From: Penicillus capitatus
Lineage: Eukaryota; Plantae; Chlorophyta
DNA: 64,000 nt
Direction of reading: 5' to 3'
Assembly: GCA_965649825.1 (NCBI GenBank)
Contig: OZ287697.1
Location: 1,970,351-2,034,350, forward strand
The position numbers and the translations under genes were made by a program. Positions within the stretch are counted from its first letter, which is position 1, and each line of letters opens with the position of its first letter. The notes under the pieces are model-generated. The model saw nothing but the letters and a program-made list of their open reading frames with translations. It was not told where the DNA came from and made no database searches. Shown one piece after another: positions 12,343 to 24,383 of the stretch.

Positions 12343-13341
12343 TTAAAGTATAACGGCACGAATCGTGATGTGCAGAGATGCTGTTGAAAACCAGCAGTAC
12401 CATTGTGGAAACGCCTCTTCGACATCTCTCCGGAACGCCTCGTATGCACCTGCCGCAAAGATGTCAGATAGCCGTCCCATCATGGCTTGCTACTTTGAAG
12501 AGGAAGATTACGTGTGGAGAGCTGCAATGGATGAACCAGAGTCGAACCCGTGGCATCCTCTAGTCATCATGCAGTTGCGCGTTTGCAGATCTATGGCAGG
12601 GGTCACCTATGTAGTGTGGTGCTCTATTGCCATCTTTGCTGACGTGGAACCAGTAGTCCTCCCCCTCTGCCTGCTGTATGACGCTGTCAACATTCTGTAC
12701 TTGCGGCGGAGAAGGGGGCGAAGTATCCGGTGGGTCGGCCAACGGGATCTCCTTCCTCGATAGAATCCTTTCCAGCGACCTCACTCAAAGACATGCAGCT
12801 TCTCTTCGGCAGCCTTTCACTTTCGTCTTTTACCTGCAAGCGTACAGGACGATGTCCAGCGATTCCACCTTGATCTAAACAGAGAATGCAAGGCATGGTT
12901 TTCTTGTATGAGAAAAGGAGAAGCACATCTTGGATGCCAGATAAGAGGATCTCAGAGTGCTTCCTGCACGAGAGCGTTCTGAACAAGTGCGTGTGATGCG
13001 AGGCAATGTAGTTGACCGGCAAATGGCACGAAGGCGGATGAACTGATCTGGAGTCAGTCTCCTTCCTTCTTCCAACGCAGCCAGTGATGTTTTAGGCCAC
13101 AATGAACCTGGGTTCTCTCTTGGCAGGCAAGGGAATGCTGTTGATAACTCCTCCTTCATCTTCTCCAGCTCTGGCGGGAAGCCCCTAATCAAAACAAGAT
13201 CACAGATTCTGTCCAGCGTCAACTTTGGAGTCACGCGTAGACAAGCGCCAGGACGCCATTCCACGCGACAAAGAATCCCTTTGGTCGTAGAAAGCATTTG
13301 CGGTACTGCTGGATCACCGATTCCATATGAGGCGACGTCAT
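12343..13341 (-). CDS. 2H-phosphoesterase-like protein (first motif degenerate); multi-exon
   Basis: Spliced reading MTSPHMESVIQQYRKCFLRPKGFFVAWNGVLALVYA|GFPPELEKMK..ENPGSLWPKTSL....AFPQWYCWFSTASLHITIRAVIL*. The terminal HxT motif is not in the ORF track. Confidence 0.65.
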
Positions 13342-13370
13342 TCGTGCAGGTAACGTCGCATTCGAAGACG

Positions 13371-15184
13371 ATGCAAGAGGCGCTGGGGCAAGTACGTGGA
13401 TGGTGTCTCGCCGGGATTTCGACGGTCCTTCGACAAAGGCCTGCAGGATACGACGTCAAGAAAAAATTCGAGCAGCGTATCCTTGACATTCTCAAACAGA
13501 CACACGACGTTGCGACACCGTGGCACCACAATGCATGACATATCTGTCACTAGGTACCCTCAGAAGCGCCTCAAGAAACGCAGCCGCCAACGATCCATTC
13601 TCCGGACGAAGAAAAATCCAAAGGGGCACTGTCTGAAGAGACGCATCCATCAGCAGGAGAGAAATCGCTAGGCGAAGGAGATCAACCTCGTGCGGATGTT
13701 GAATGGGATACGAGCTCCTCCCGTGCACATGTGCCCTTTCGTGGTTTGGGATCATCCTCTCGGGAGAGACGTGTACCGTCAACGCCTTTCGGCAGAGTGA
13801 TGGGATTCGCCGGTCTCGGAGCGAATCTCGCCTACGGTGCCGTGCGAGATTCCGTCTCCTCTCTCTTCCGCCCCGATCCGACAAACAGCACATCACGAAT
13901 GATGAACGAACGCAATGCTGAAGTCTTGGCAGCCGGTCTGTGTCGAATGAGAGGAGCTGCCCTAAAGTTGGGACAGATGCTATCCATACAAGACGAGACC
14001 GTTATTCCTCCCTATCTCCAGGCAGCCTTGGACCGTGTTCGTGCTGGAGCAGACTATATGCCACGGCATCAGCTGGAAAATGTTCTACAGAAGGAACTGG
14101 GTGGTGATTGGATGAAAATGTTCGCCGAGTTTGATTTCATGCCCATAGCGGCAGCATCCATTGGTCAAGTGCATCGAGCTGTGTTGTTGGACGGAACCAT
14201 CGTCGCAATGAAAATCCAGTATCCAGGAGTGGCGATGAGCATTGAGTCGGATCTCAACAATTTGATGACGTTAATGAAAGTGAGCGAGATTTAACCACAA
14301 GGGGGTATTTTCAAAAACCTGCCACCAGGTGACAGATGTGCTGCCCAAGGGACTGTACGTGGACACAATTGTGGAAGTTATGCGTAAAGAGTTGGCCTTG
14401 GAGTGTGACTACGAGTACGAGTTGCAGAGCCAACAGCGATTCAAGGAGCTCATCGAGCAGGATGCGTATTGCCGGACGCGCTTTCGTGTGCCGGATGTGT
14501 TTCCAGATCTGAGCACCAGACAAATCTTGACATCGGAATGGGTGCCAGGGGTTGCTGTCGACAAAGTGCGAGATTTGAGTCAGGCCGTGCGAAATGAAGT
14601 GGGCACGCGGTTGCTGCACATCACTATGAAGGAGCTCTTCTCGTGGAGGTTCATGCAGACCGATCCAAACTGGGGCAATTTTCTATACGATACGGAGACA
14701 GAGATGCTCTCATTGATCGATTTCGGTGCCGCAAAGGAGTTTCCCAAGAGTTTTACCGATGAGTATCTGCGCATGGTCGCCGCCTGTGCCGAGAAAGATA
14801 GAAAACGGGTCATTCAATGCTCGGAGAATCTCGGATTTCTCACAGGTTAGTGTGATAGGTATTATGTTCTGAATGAATACGTTTGTTGCAGGCGACGAAA
14901 ACCGGGCAATGCTGGATGCGCATTGTGAAGCCGGGTTCATTGTGGGGCAGCCGTTTTCGAAGCAAAGCGAGTATGATTTCCGCCGCCATTCGCAACAGAC
15001 GGCTCGAGTCACGCAGCTGGGTACGGTGATGTTAAAGAATCGTCTCTGTCCACCTCCGCAGGAGTCTTATTCCCTTCATCGGAAGCTCAGTGGTGCCTTC
15101 TTGTGTTGCATTAAGCTGGGATCCGTTATTCCGAGTCATCAGATGTTCTATGAAGTTCTGCACGGTCACAACTTCGACAATTAA
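13371..15184 (+). CDS. COQ8: ABC1/COQ8 atypical kinase, mitochondrial; 3 introns
   Basis: ERRVPSTPFGR, LCRMRGAALKLGQMLSIQD, AAASIGQVH, KIQYPGVA.SIESD, MQTDPNWGNFLY, LIDFGA and YSLHRKLSGAFL. Confidence 0.96.
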
Positions 15185-16386
15185 GATGAAAGATGGGAAT
15201 CATCAGCGACAAAAATCCTGTGTTTCTTGACCTCGACGTCGTAAACGGAGAGAGACTGTTGCACACTTTAATTTTTTTTTTGTTCTCGCTCAGATCTGTA
15301 ATCGATGTATCGGTGGACCGATTTCGCCATTGTTATCGTACAATTCTTTCTTCTTAGCCACGTTGTCCTCTAAATCGTCGATATATACTAATGCGCGTTT
15401 GCATGCATATGAGGGAAACCGAGAATAAAACCGGTAGTACATTAAAACAATTTATAGGAGGAGGCGCATTGTCACAAATCTTTCAGTCAGCGTCGTGGTC
15501 GCATAGACGCGCGGCGACGGACGAAGAAACGAAGTTATGAACATCGTCAGCTGCGTGCGAGAGTAAACTCCTTCTCACCTTCGCTGACACCGATTGACGG
15601 AAGCCGGTCACGACGCTCACATGGACCTATCTCCTTTGGAGCCGTGGCTACGACGTCATGGACCCCTTCGTCGAAACGATTCCGGCGTGATAGCTTCATT
15701 CCTTGAGTTTTCCCTTTTTTCCTTTATTTTTTCGTCATAACTCCGCAAACAGTTCCACGTTATGCTGCACACTCGGAAAGATAAACATGTCCACAGTTCT
15801 TTCTAGACATCTCTTTGTCGAGGACGAGAGAGACGAATGAGGACACTGACTGAAAAATCCGAACGGTAGGTGTGACATCACGGTCGGTTCTCTGATCGAG
15901 ATACGTACGTCGGCATCTCAAAGGCACTGTGTTCGATTGAGTCGTCGCGGTATTGGACGAGCACACTGATTGTTAACTGCAGGTGATACGAGTGATATCA
16001 CTGTCTAGGCTATAGTCGAGGCATGTACATCGACATCTCAAAGGCGTTCTGCATCTGTTGTGGGACACTTTCACTTTCAATCTAAAGCAAAATGATAAAA
16101 ATAAAAAAAACAAACCGACAGAAGTACCCTACACGGCGGCGTCTCGGTGTAAGGGTGGTCGCGAAGCAGACTAGGATGATCATGCAACAGACTAATAAAA
16201 CTTCGTCCGGTAACAAACAACCAAGCTCCTGTATCTCTGGGCCGGAAGCCATCATCGACTGGAATCGGCGGCGTTTACAACGTGAAACGTAATATATGAA
16301 GGGTCGAGCAAGGTTCGAAGCAGATAAAAGGTCACCATCAACAATAACAGTCATTAGGTCACAACGGATCTGATGTGGTTCGACCG

Positions 16387-17090
16387 CCAACGAGTTTACA
16401 CCACGAGCATCTTGTCTGTTGACATTGTTGTCCCTTCGGCACGGAGCTCACGCCCGGTCTTTTCCGGTGCTTCGGGTGTGCTTGTGATCTCTGGCTTCTC
16501 GATGACGTAGAGTATCAGCGGCGTCAGAATCAAACCTACATGAAAGATATCAGGTCACGTTCTGGTGACTCTTTTGCTCCTGGAATGGCCGTACCGCAAA
16601 GCGTATAAACGGAGGCGCCGCAGAGACACATGACAAAAGGATTGCCGACGGGTCCAACGACATCGGACACCAGTTTGAGGCACAAGAGATTCTGATCGGC
16701 GCCCGTTAGGTACAGTCAAGAAGAGTGCGAGCTCGTTTGGAAGTGGGAGTGAGCCAAAACGATCCCAGTTACTTCCGCGACTCTTCTCCTGCAGCACGAA
16801 GCTTGTGATCATCACACTGCTTGCCTCTTGCCGAGAAAACACCTACCTGCATGACTTCCAGAACTCTCGGCGATGCTCTCCCTGACAGGGACGCAGATGC
16901 CACCTTCCCTGGTAATAGTGAATGGCATGGCAGGAGTGATGATCGCCTCGGCAACGTTGAGGCCATAGAACAGCCCGGATGAGTTTTTCCCGACGGCTTT
17001 CACAAAGTAGAGCGCCACGCTTTCGCCAAGTCCCTTCACTTCAAATCCCATTGCAAAGAAGAAAGAGACGACGATGAGCCAGATGTATTG
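16387..17090 (-). pseudogene. Unprocessed pseudogene fragment of a plastid DiT2-type dicarboxylate translocator (DASS family)
   Basis: IWLIVVSFFFAMGF..GLG...TPAMP..TREGG; SRK*LGSF/LAHSHFQ..SS*LYLTGADQNLLCLKL; LILTPLILY..PEITSTPEAP. Stops at 16769-71, 16716-18 and 16396-98, plus a 1-nt frameshift near 16758. Two introns are retained (16789-16846, 16536-16594). Confidence 0.88.
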
Positions 17091-17172
17091 TGGCTTCACT
17101 TTGAAGACTTGAACACAGGTCTGCGTCGATGTATGAAGCGCATTTATTGGAAGTTTCACGGAAATCGATCCA

Positions 17173-17445
17173 CAAGATGGATCTTTGTGCGTGGCTGTCA
17201 AGTGGCCGGCTGGTGAAGAATGTCGACATCGCATTGAATCTACTTCCGTCATCGTGATGATGTAACGTCTCTATTAAAACACGCACCGACCGCTCCGATC
17301 ATGTACGCTCGAAATCGCAGGAGGTGAAGTCTCACGTCAAAAATCATGACGGACGTCACCCAAAGGCACAAACGCAGGCAGTGGCATGCTATTCTACGAC
17401 GAAAGACGCAGGGACTGCAAGAAATCTCACAAATCTGCGATGCAC
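17173..17445 (+). repeat. Dispersed repeat A, copy 2
   Basis: Aligns by eye to the reverse complement of 1335-1578, with one internal insertion of about 30 nt. Confidence 0.9.
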
Positions 17446-17510
17446 GGATTCTCTCGACCATTCCTCCCTCTCTTTCGCATTCTCCGGCGCCCGTTTCGCT
17501 TTTCCAAAAG

Positions 17511-17962
17511 ATGACGCTGTACAAAGTGTGTGACACAAGGAATGCGCATCCGGCGACGTTGTTGCTGCAGGTCGTCACTATCTGTTCTTCTGGATGGGTT
17601 TCCGTCGACGACGACACGACGGTCTACCATCTTGGCCGCTGGACGCATTCAAGACGCGGGGCGACTTTGGCATGGCCACCATTGTCATCATGTCTTCGTG
17701 CCTGGACAAACCCATTCGACGCAGTTCGGTCTCCCTCTCATCCAACGCTCCACATACGGCACAGATTTTGTATTCAGGCAATTCCTTCTGCCGTGATGCT
17801 GTTGCCCGTGCTCTGCTGCGTGTCGAGGCACGAGGTCGGGGTTACGTAGAGGCTGAGGGTCGGCTATGGATTCTCGAGAGGTTACGACCGACGAGGCTGA
17901 TTGACTATGTTCCGTCCAGCCACGAACCGTTCTTCTTACCGACTTCCTTCCACCAGACGTAA
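17511..17962 (+). CDS. 121-aa three-exon protein of unknown function
   Basis: Exons 17511-17525, 17571-17723 and 17765-17962 with phase-0 GT-AG introns of 45 and 41 nt give MTLYKVVTICSSGWVSVDDDTTVYHLGRWTHSRRGATLAWPPLSSCLRAWTNPFDAILYSGNSFCRDAVARALLRVEARGRGYVEAEGRLWILERLRP... Confidence 0.7.
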
Positions 17963-18135
17963 AGACTTAACAGAATGTTCATGTCCAATCCTCGACGATT
18001 GACTGCCCCCTCTTTTCACTCGCTGTTTTAGGTATTTGCTTCTTCGTCAGAACGGCATCCGTTTACACGAACGCACGGCCGCTGATACTTTCTTCTATCT
18101 TTGTCCTTCCTCGTCGCCATCCGTCCTCATAAACT

Positions 18136-21100
18136 ATGCGATTCCATTCGTCTTCCTTTGATTATTTGGTCGAGACAGTCCTAATTCTTATTCTGCTCTC
18201 TGACGCTGTCCAAGCTGGTCGACCCCGCGGCACCTCAACGTCTCGTCATGCGCCTCCCCGTCGCCCTGCTACTCTGTTCGTTTCTTTGCTGCCGTCTTCT
18301 TGTCGTACGGACCGAGAGAGTGGTTGTCTAGTGCTGTGTTTGATGGAGTGGCACAGACCCAGCTCATTGTTGCTCAGGAAAAGCGTCCACCATCGACCCA
18401 TAATCCGTCTCCCGTATCTGGCAACAACAATGTGGAAGACCGGTGCTTGAAGGTACAGTCTCGGTTGGTTCGCACTTCGGGCCTATGCTCGTATTCGTTG
18501 CAGATATCGTGCATGACCGAAGGAGACTGTGCACAGAACAACTGTGGTGGATATTTCTGTTTTCACTGCGAGACGTGTTCTACTGGACCTGTCATGGGAA
18601 CATGCGTCTGGGACCGTGCGAAGCATCAACGCAACTGTCCGAAGAAGATCTGCAATGGCCCGGCGCGATCACATGTGTCTTCTCAGTCGAGTTCAGAGCA
18701 AACATCTGGAGATGGACAACGAGGCAATAAAGCGGATGGCAATACGCCATCGACAGCGACCGCAACAGCGACAGCAACATCCGTAAGTGTACTCAGCACA
18801 TGACGCTGCGGCATCGAGGGAGACACCTCGCTGTTGTTTACTAGGGTCAGGCATCGGGCAGCAAACCATGGGTTGGACTCTTCCAGAACTTGCGATTGGA
18901 TAACAGTAAAAATGGAACGGTTGATAAGGGGACAGAAAAGGACAAAAGAGAGGGAACAAGTTAAGCTGAAAGACGTCGTTTGTGATCCGCCTCCGTAGAT
19001 TTCACAGCGAAATAATACTGGGGCATCTCTTGTGGCACCTGTCACGAAACGCTGCGTTTCATAGTTGTACATTAATAACGCAAAGAAGTGTGCACTGCAC
19101 TGTATTGTTCGTGGATCCACACGAAGAGGATCTATTGTGTTACGACAGTACGACTGAACTGCCTGTTAAGGGATTGGTGCCGTCCGCAGCCCCGCGAGGG
19201 TTTTCCCAATGACGTGTACTGACGACGGCCAGTATCGCGAAAAAGATAAGAACATGAACCGTCAACTAAGCAGTTGTCGTCTTTGTTTTCTCTGCATCTG
19301 TCGTTTCTCCTGGTGATGCTGCTCTGTGCCCGGACCGTCGTGATTGATTCCTTCCATGCGTTTGTCTGAAGAACTTCTCGTTCTAGCCCCCGTGCTTGGC
19401 CTCGTTGCGCTGCTTCCCTTATTTTATTGGCGCAAGGTTTTGCGTTGCCGTTGGGTTTCCATTTTTGGCATCAACTTAACGAAGGAATGGCATAAACCTA
19501 ACAAAACACAAGCAGCGCATGGCCGTTGTCAGGGGCGAACAGAGGTGATACGTATGTTCCAAAAAGATGAAAGGTCATCATTCCCGATTCAGCCACTCGA
19601 TGACCTCGATCACAAACTCACAGTGTGTTGCTCAAATGTTCCGTCTGCCATCACGCTCACCTCATTCTCTGCAGTCGATGGAAGATGCCACGGATGGCAA
19701 TGTTCAACCATGCTGGACACCGTGGTTGTGCATCGTTGTCTTCTGGGAAATGCTTCAGTTCATGGCAGTGCCATTTGCGTCAAGAGTACAATGGGACAGA
19801 GAGAGCGATTGGAAGATCGTTCCCGACGTAGGACTCTCACACAAAACGTCACTCTTTTCCTTACGGCGAATAACGATGACAGGGTTTCGGACTCTTTCTT
19901 CCCAATCCAGCAGATCAGCGTGTGTACGATCTGACCACCTGGATTATCTTGGCGCCATTATACCTGGCAGCTTTTTGCATCTGTTGGCTTCTATTTCTCG
20001 GAGTGTGTCTACGGCATCTTCCCCGGCTAAAGATTGAAGGAACTCACGAATACCTCGGTCAGACATTTGTGGCGCTGCTCACGAGAGGACGATGGATCTT
20101 CGTTTCGGCGAAGGAAACCTTCTTTGATTTTGGCTCTCTCTTCATCATGACTGGCATCATCCGATCCCTCTTTAATTCCGTACGCTATCCTCCTTCCCTT
20201 TGGTCGAATCTGATCCGCTCGGTGTTGTCTGGCAGGAAGGACGATTAGAAAGCTATTGGCCTTCGTCTCTGATTCTCTTGGTTGTATATTACGGTGCGCT
20301 CGTGTGGAGCGACGAAGGCACAAATTCTGTAATCTGGATACACAACCTCGTTCGATTCTTCTCCCATGACAGATATCCTTATTTTGTGGAAAGACTACCT
20401 AAAGTACAGAATCATCATCCGTCTGCATCCACTCCACTGTGGGGCTGGCTGTGTAGAATGACGACTTTTACTTTCAGCGGATGCTCAGGGCTCTGGACAA
20501 CCAAGATCTGCGCCGACTGCATCTATACGTTGCCAGTCACCAAAGACCGACCTTTGCCTCCCGCTGGACTCTTTTATCTAGCACTTCCAAGCTAATAATC
20601 GCTGTCTTGTTTGTTTTTGCTCACTTCGAAGAGTTCTGGGCCTGGATGCTATTGAGTGTATCCTCGCTACTCTTTGTGATGCTCTTGTATGAAAGTCTCA
20701 AGTACGGTCCATGTTCTTTCCAGTGGATCAATGTCTTTCGGAACATCGGCATGATTTCTGCACTCTGGGGCAACCTCTGTGGCGTCCTTGCTCAAGGTCG
20801 GTTTTCTGAGGCAATTCATCCATCCCAGTTGTGATCGTGTTCTCTCTAGGGAGGTATCGGCTGCCGGATATCACCTACAGCTCCACTCCGACGCTTGTGT
20901 TTATGGTTGGACTGGCAGTGATTCTTGGTAGTGCCCCTTTCTGCATTGCTGTGAGCCGACGGCTTTTCATATGGTCCCCCTTCCGATTGCACCATCTGAA
21001 GCTCCCGGTCGTCCACTTTTATTACAAGCTCGTCGCCCTGGGGAGAATTATGGCCATCAAGGATTCGCTCAATAGCGAAGGAGTAGTGTTCAGAACCGAT

Positions 21101-21922
21101 CTCAATACCATGCTTCAAAATATTAGATTCGAGCAACGTCTAGGAACAGAGCAAACTTCTTCGGCACGAAATCTAATGATCAACCACGAACTCTGGGTTG
21201 CGTGGGTCAAGAAGGTCAGCACACCAGATGGTTTAGCAATACTGACTGACCCGCCACTGTGCCTGTCTCTGCAGAATACCCAGTTTTTTCGTGCCGGTCA
21301 TGTCGAGCTTAGCATGCAAGACAAAATAAACGTCTGTAGCAAAAAATCCCTCGCGCAGTGCGTGGCGATTACGGAGGACTGCGCAGAGTTGCAAACACTT
21401 CAGAAGATAAAGAAGTGGATGCGCGAGGCTGAGATGGTGATCGATCCCGAGATGGATGTCGAACTCGGCCTTCGGGTACCAGACGATGAGTACCTGTCGT
21501 TTGCCGATGGCGTGCCGATTTTTACAGGTAACCAACCAACCAACCATCCCCGCCACCTGTCCCATCATCTCGGCTGTCTTCTAGGCGATGAGGGTCCACG
21601 TGTGTTTTCGGAAGAGAGTCTCCGCAAGATCAACATCGCTGTGAATAACGAGACCAAGAGCGACGCGTCGATCCGGAGCCATAGAAATCATCCAGATCGC
21701 TTCGGAAGTGGAGACCACAGTTCCATAGGCAGCGTGTCTCTATGCCCACCATCTTCTCACACTGGAGAACCGCAAAGAAAGTCATGGGCATCGACGCCGT
21801 CCGTTCAGCAGCCATTCCACCAAGAGTCGTCCGAGAGACCCAATCAAATCGGCTCCGTGCGCGAAATCATTTCCTCCGAGTCCTTGGAAACTGTAAGTAC
21901 CAGAACTAAGTCACATGTTTAA
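18136..21922 (+). CDS. Large multi-exon, multi-pass membrane protein with a Cys-rich N-terminal part; family unknown
   Basis: Cys-rich segment CMTEGDCAQNNCGGYFCFHCETCSTG; hydrophobic segments in ORFs 19922, 20200, 20481 and 20831; a 363-codon terminal ORF. The 5' structure is uncertain. Confidence 0.55.
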
Positions 21923-21975
21923 CAATCGACACCATCATCACACCTATAGCAATAGAAATGACGATGAAAGATGGG

Positions 21976-23650
21976 TTACTCGATTGAATGTCGTGTCTCG
22001 CCTGCTGACTCGGCACCCTTCGATAGACGCCAAAGTTTCCTATTCTTGTGGATCGAAGTAGAGTGTGCTAGAGGAATGAACGTTATCCAGACATACTGAT
22101 GACTAGACTTCCGTTCTGCATTATCGTTTGCCGAGATCTGCCGTATGCCCTCGACATGCATCGCTTTTTTCTCACCGAAACTGAGTTCGTTCCATGTCCG
22201 ACGATCGCAGACCATACATAGTAGGGCGCAGCTACGCCGCCAGCAGACCATGACATGACGTTAACGACAGATCAGAAATTGCATGGCGGTCAATCTCAGG
22301 CGTGACCATTTTTTACTTCTTGTTTCATCGCATTGCACTGAAATATACATTTTGTGGGATCTACCATTCAGCACATGGTAGTTGATTGTGTGGGCCCCGC
22401 ATAAGAGGTGCAGATTTGCCATATCGTCCATGAACGCCTCCCAGGATTTCGAGAATAAAAGCACTGTTACAAATAAACACTGGACTTGAGATTATCATGG
22501 CCTGGAATGCGATAAGAGGTGGTCCGAACATGAAATGGCAGTCTTGGAATCTCGAACTGTCAGACGGATGTTTGTTTGTTCTCCGACACAAACCCGTCCG
22601 TACATTTAATTCCCGACACCATACATCGTCCTCCTCATTCTTCCTCTCTCAAAGTCCTCCCCCCAATACTTTGAGCTTGCTGCAGTAAGCACAGCAGACA
22701 CGGGTTCCGTCATACAAGTGCCCAGGTAATGCATGCATTCGCAGCAGCTTCATTCGGAATCGATGTTAAACGGGTTGCTTAGGAAACGGTGTGGGATGTG
22801 TCATTCGTTGTTGTTCCTATGGTTAGCTCTGATGCCTGCGACAAGATATGATGATGCCGTTGCTTGGATATCCTTTCCCAGTCGAACAGCTGTGCAAAAG
22901 AAAAGAGGCAGATCGTGTTCTAAAAAAGCGAGAACATCGGGGAGACCGTGTGTTCAGTAACGGAGCGATGTATTTTCTTTTACAAAGCAGATCTATCCGA
23001 ATTCTGAAGTTCACTGTGTTCCGATCAAGATCCGCTAAGATCATGATCTGTGACTGACTGTCCTGCGATGACAGTAAAGAATCCGTCGTCTCGGGTCTGT
23101 TTTTTCGTCACGACGCAACATCCGTCCATCCGCGATGATTTCTCTATTTTTCATGTTCGGAGAGAGAGCCAGATCTCCCGTGCATGAGTAGCAATCAAAC
23201 ATAATATCTCATTCATTTTGCGCTCGGATGCAAACTGGCTCGCTTACTACAATACCCACGTCACAGGCGGACACATAATACGGCCATGAGAGGGAGACAG
23301 GACGACCACACTGTCTGCCAGCCAGCCAAACGTCCGTCGAAGAAGAGGTGTTATCATCCAAGCATGACGATAGCTGTTGTTATTAGTCTGTCTGTTCATG
23401 CAATCAATCAATCGTGCGCGACAATGTGTATTCTCGCCGCCATACAAGATACGCAAACGAAACAAATGATGAAGCTGACAACAACACGATCACTGGGGCA
23501 CACACAGCCAGTCGATGGTGGATCGATGGGTGGTGGTATGAGGATGGAGGTTACTTGATGGAGGATGGCCTGAAGGTCGCCAAACGTCAAGAGTCTTGGC
23601 GGTTGGCGCGTCGGCTCATGCACAACGTCGTACTTCACTCTCCCCTGCAT
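21976..23650 (-). CDS. Possible multi-exon gene of unknown function
   Basis: Short protein-like segments next to AG/GT sites: VIVLLSASSFVSFAYLVW, LFDWERISKQR, KLKVLGEDFERGR and LFSKSWEAFMDDMANLHLLCGAH. No complete model was obtained. Confidence 0.25.
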
Positions 23651-24383
23651 ACGACCACCACCACCATCTTAGCCACGTCCGGCGCGACAACGCACGTATC
23701 GCCGGGCGCAACGCTCGCTGGGTGAGAACGTGTGACGCGCGAATGCGCTCAACGCGCAGCGTCCCTTGCGTTTGCTCTCCTCCGAGACGCTTTCGCGCAA
23801 AGCATCATCGAGCCAATGCCATCTGCAACGCGTCTTGCGTCACTGATGTGCGTATCGATGCGGCCGAAACGTTTCTCCGCGCCGGACCGCAACGTCGTCG
23901 CATTTCTTACGCTCAAACAGAAGTCTGTCGTCACGTCTTCCAACGGGACGCGAGATCTGTCTGGGTCTCTTCTATGGAAGAGACTGGGCGAGGGCACATG
24001 TGTTGCCGGCAGTATCTTTTGGTTCTCTTTCTGATCCATCCCACAAGAGCGGCAATAAGAAGGCGCTCTGATACACAAAGAAGACAGGCACAACAAACAT
24101 CGCTAGGTCTCTGGCCTCGCCATGGCTTTACGTATTTTGCTCTCGTCGCTGAAAAACTCATAGAACTCGAAAAATCATGCTTCTGTGATGTCAGGCGCTG
24201 GGCGATGAGTCATTGGCGTTATTTCTGAATTTGCCAATAAAGAGACCTTCATAAATGACGTTGCTTCGCTGCCTGACGGCAATGCCGCTCATGCGACGTC
24301 GAGCATACGATACGCTGTTGCGCCATCTCTCTGTCGCACACAGTAGCGCAACGCAACGCAGCGCTCGCTAACCGCCCTGACGC

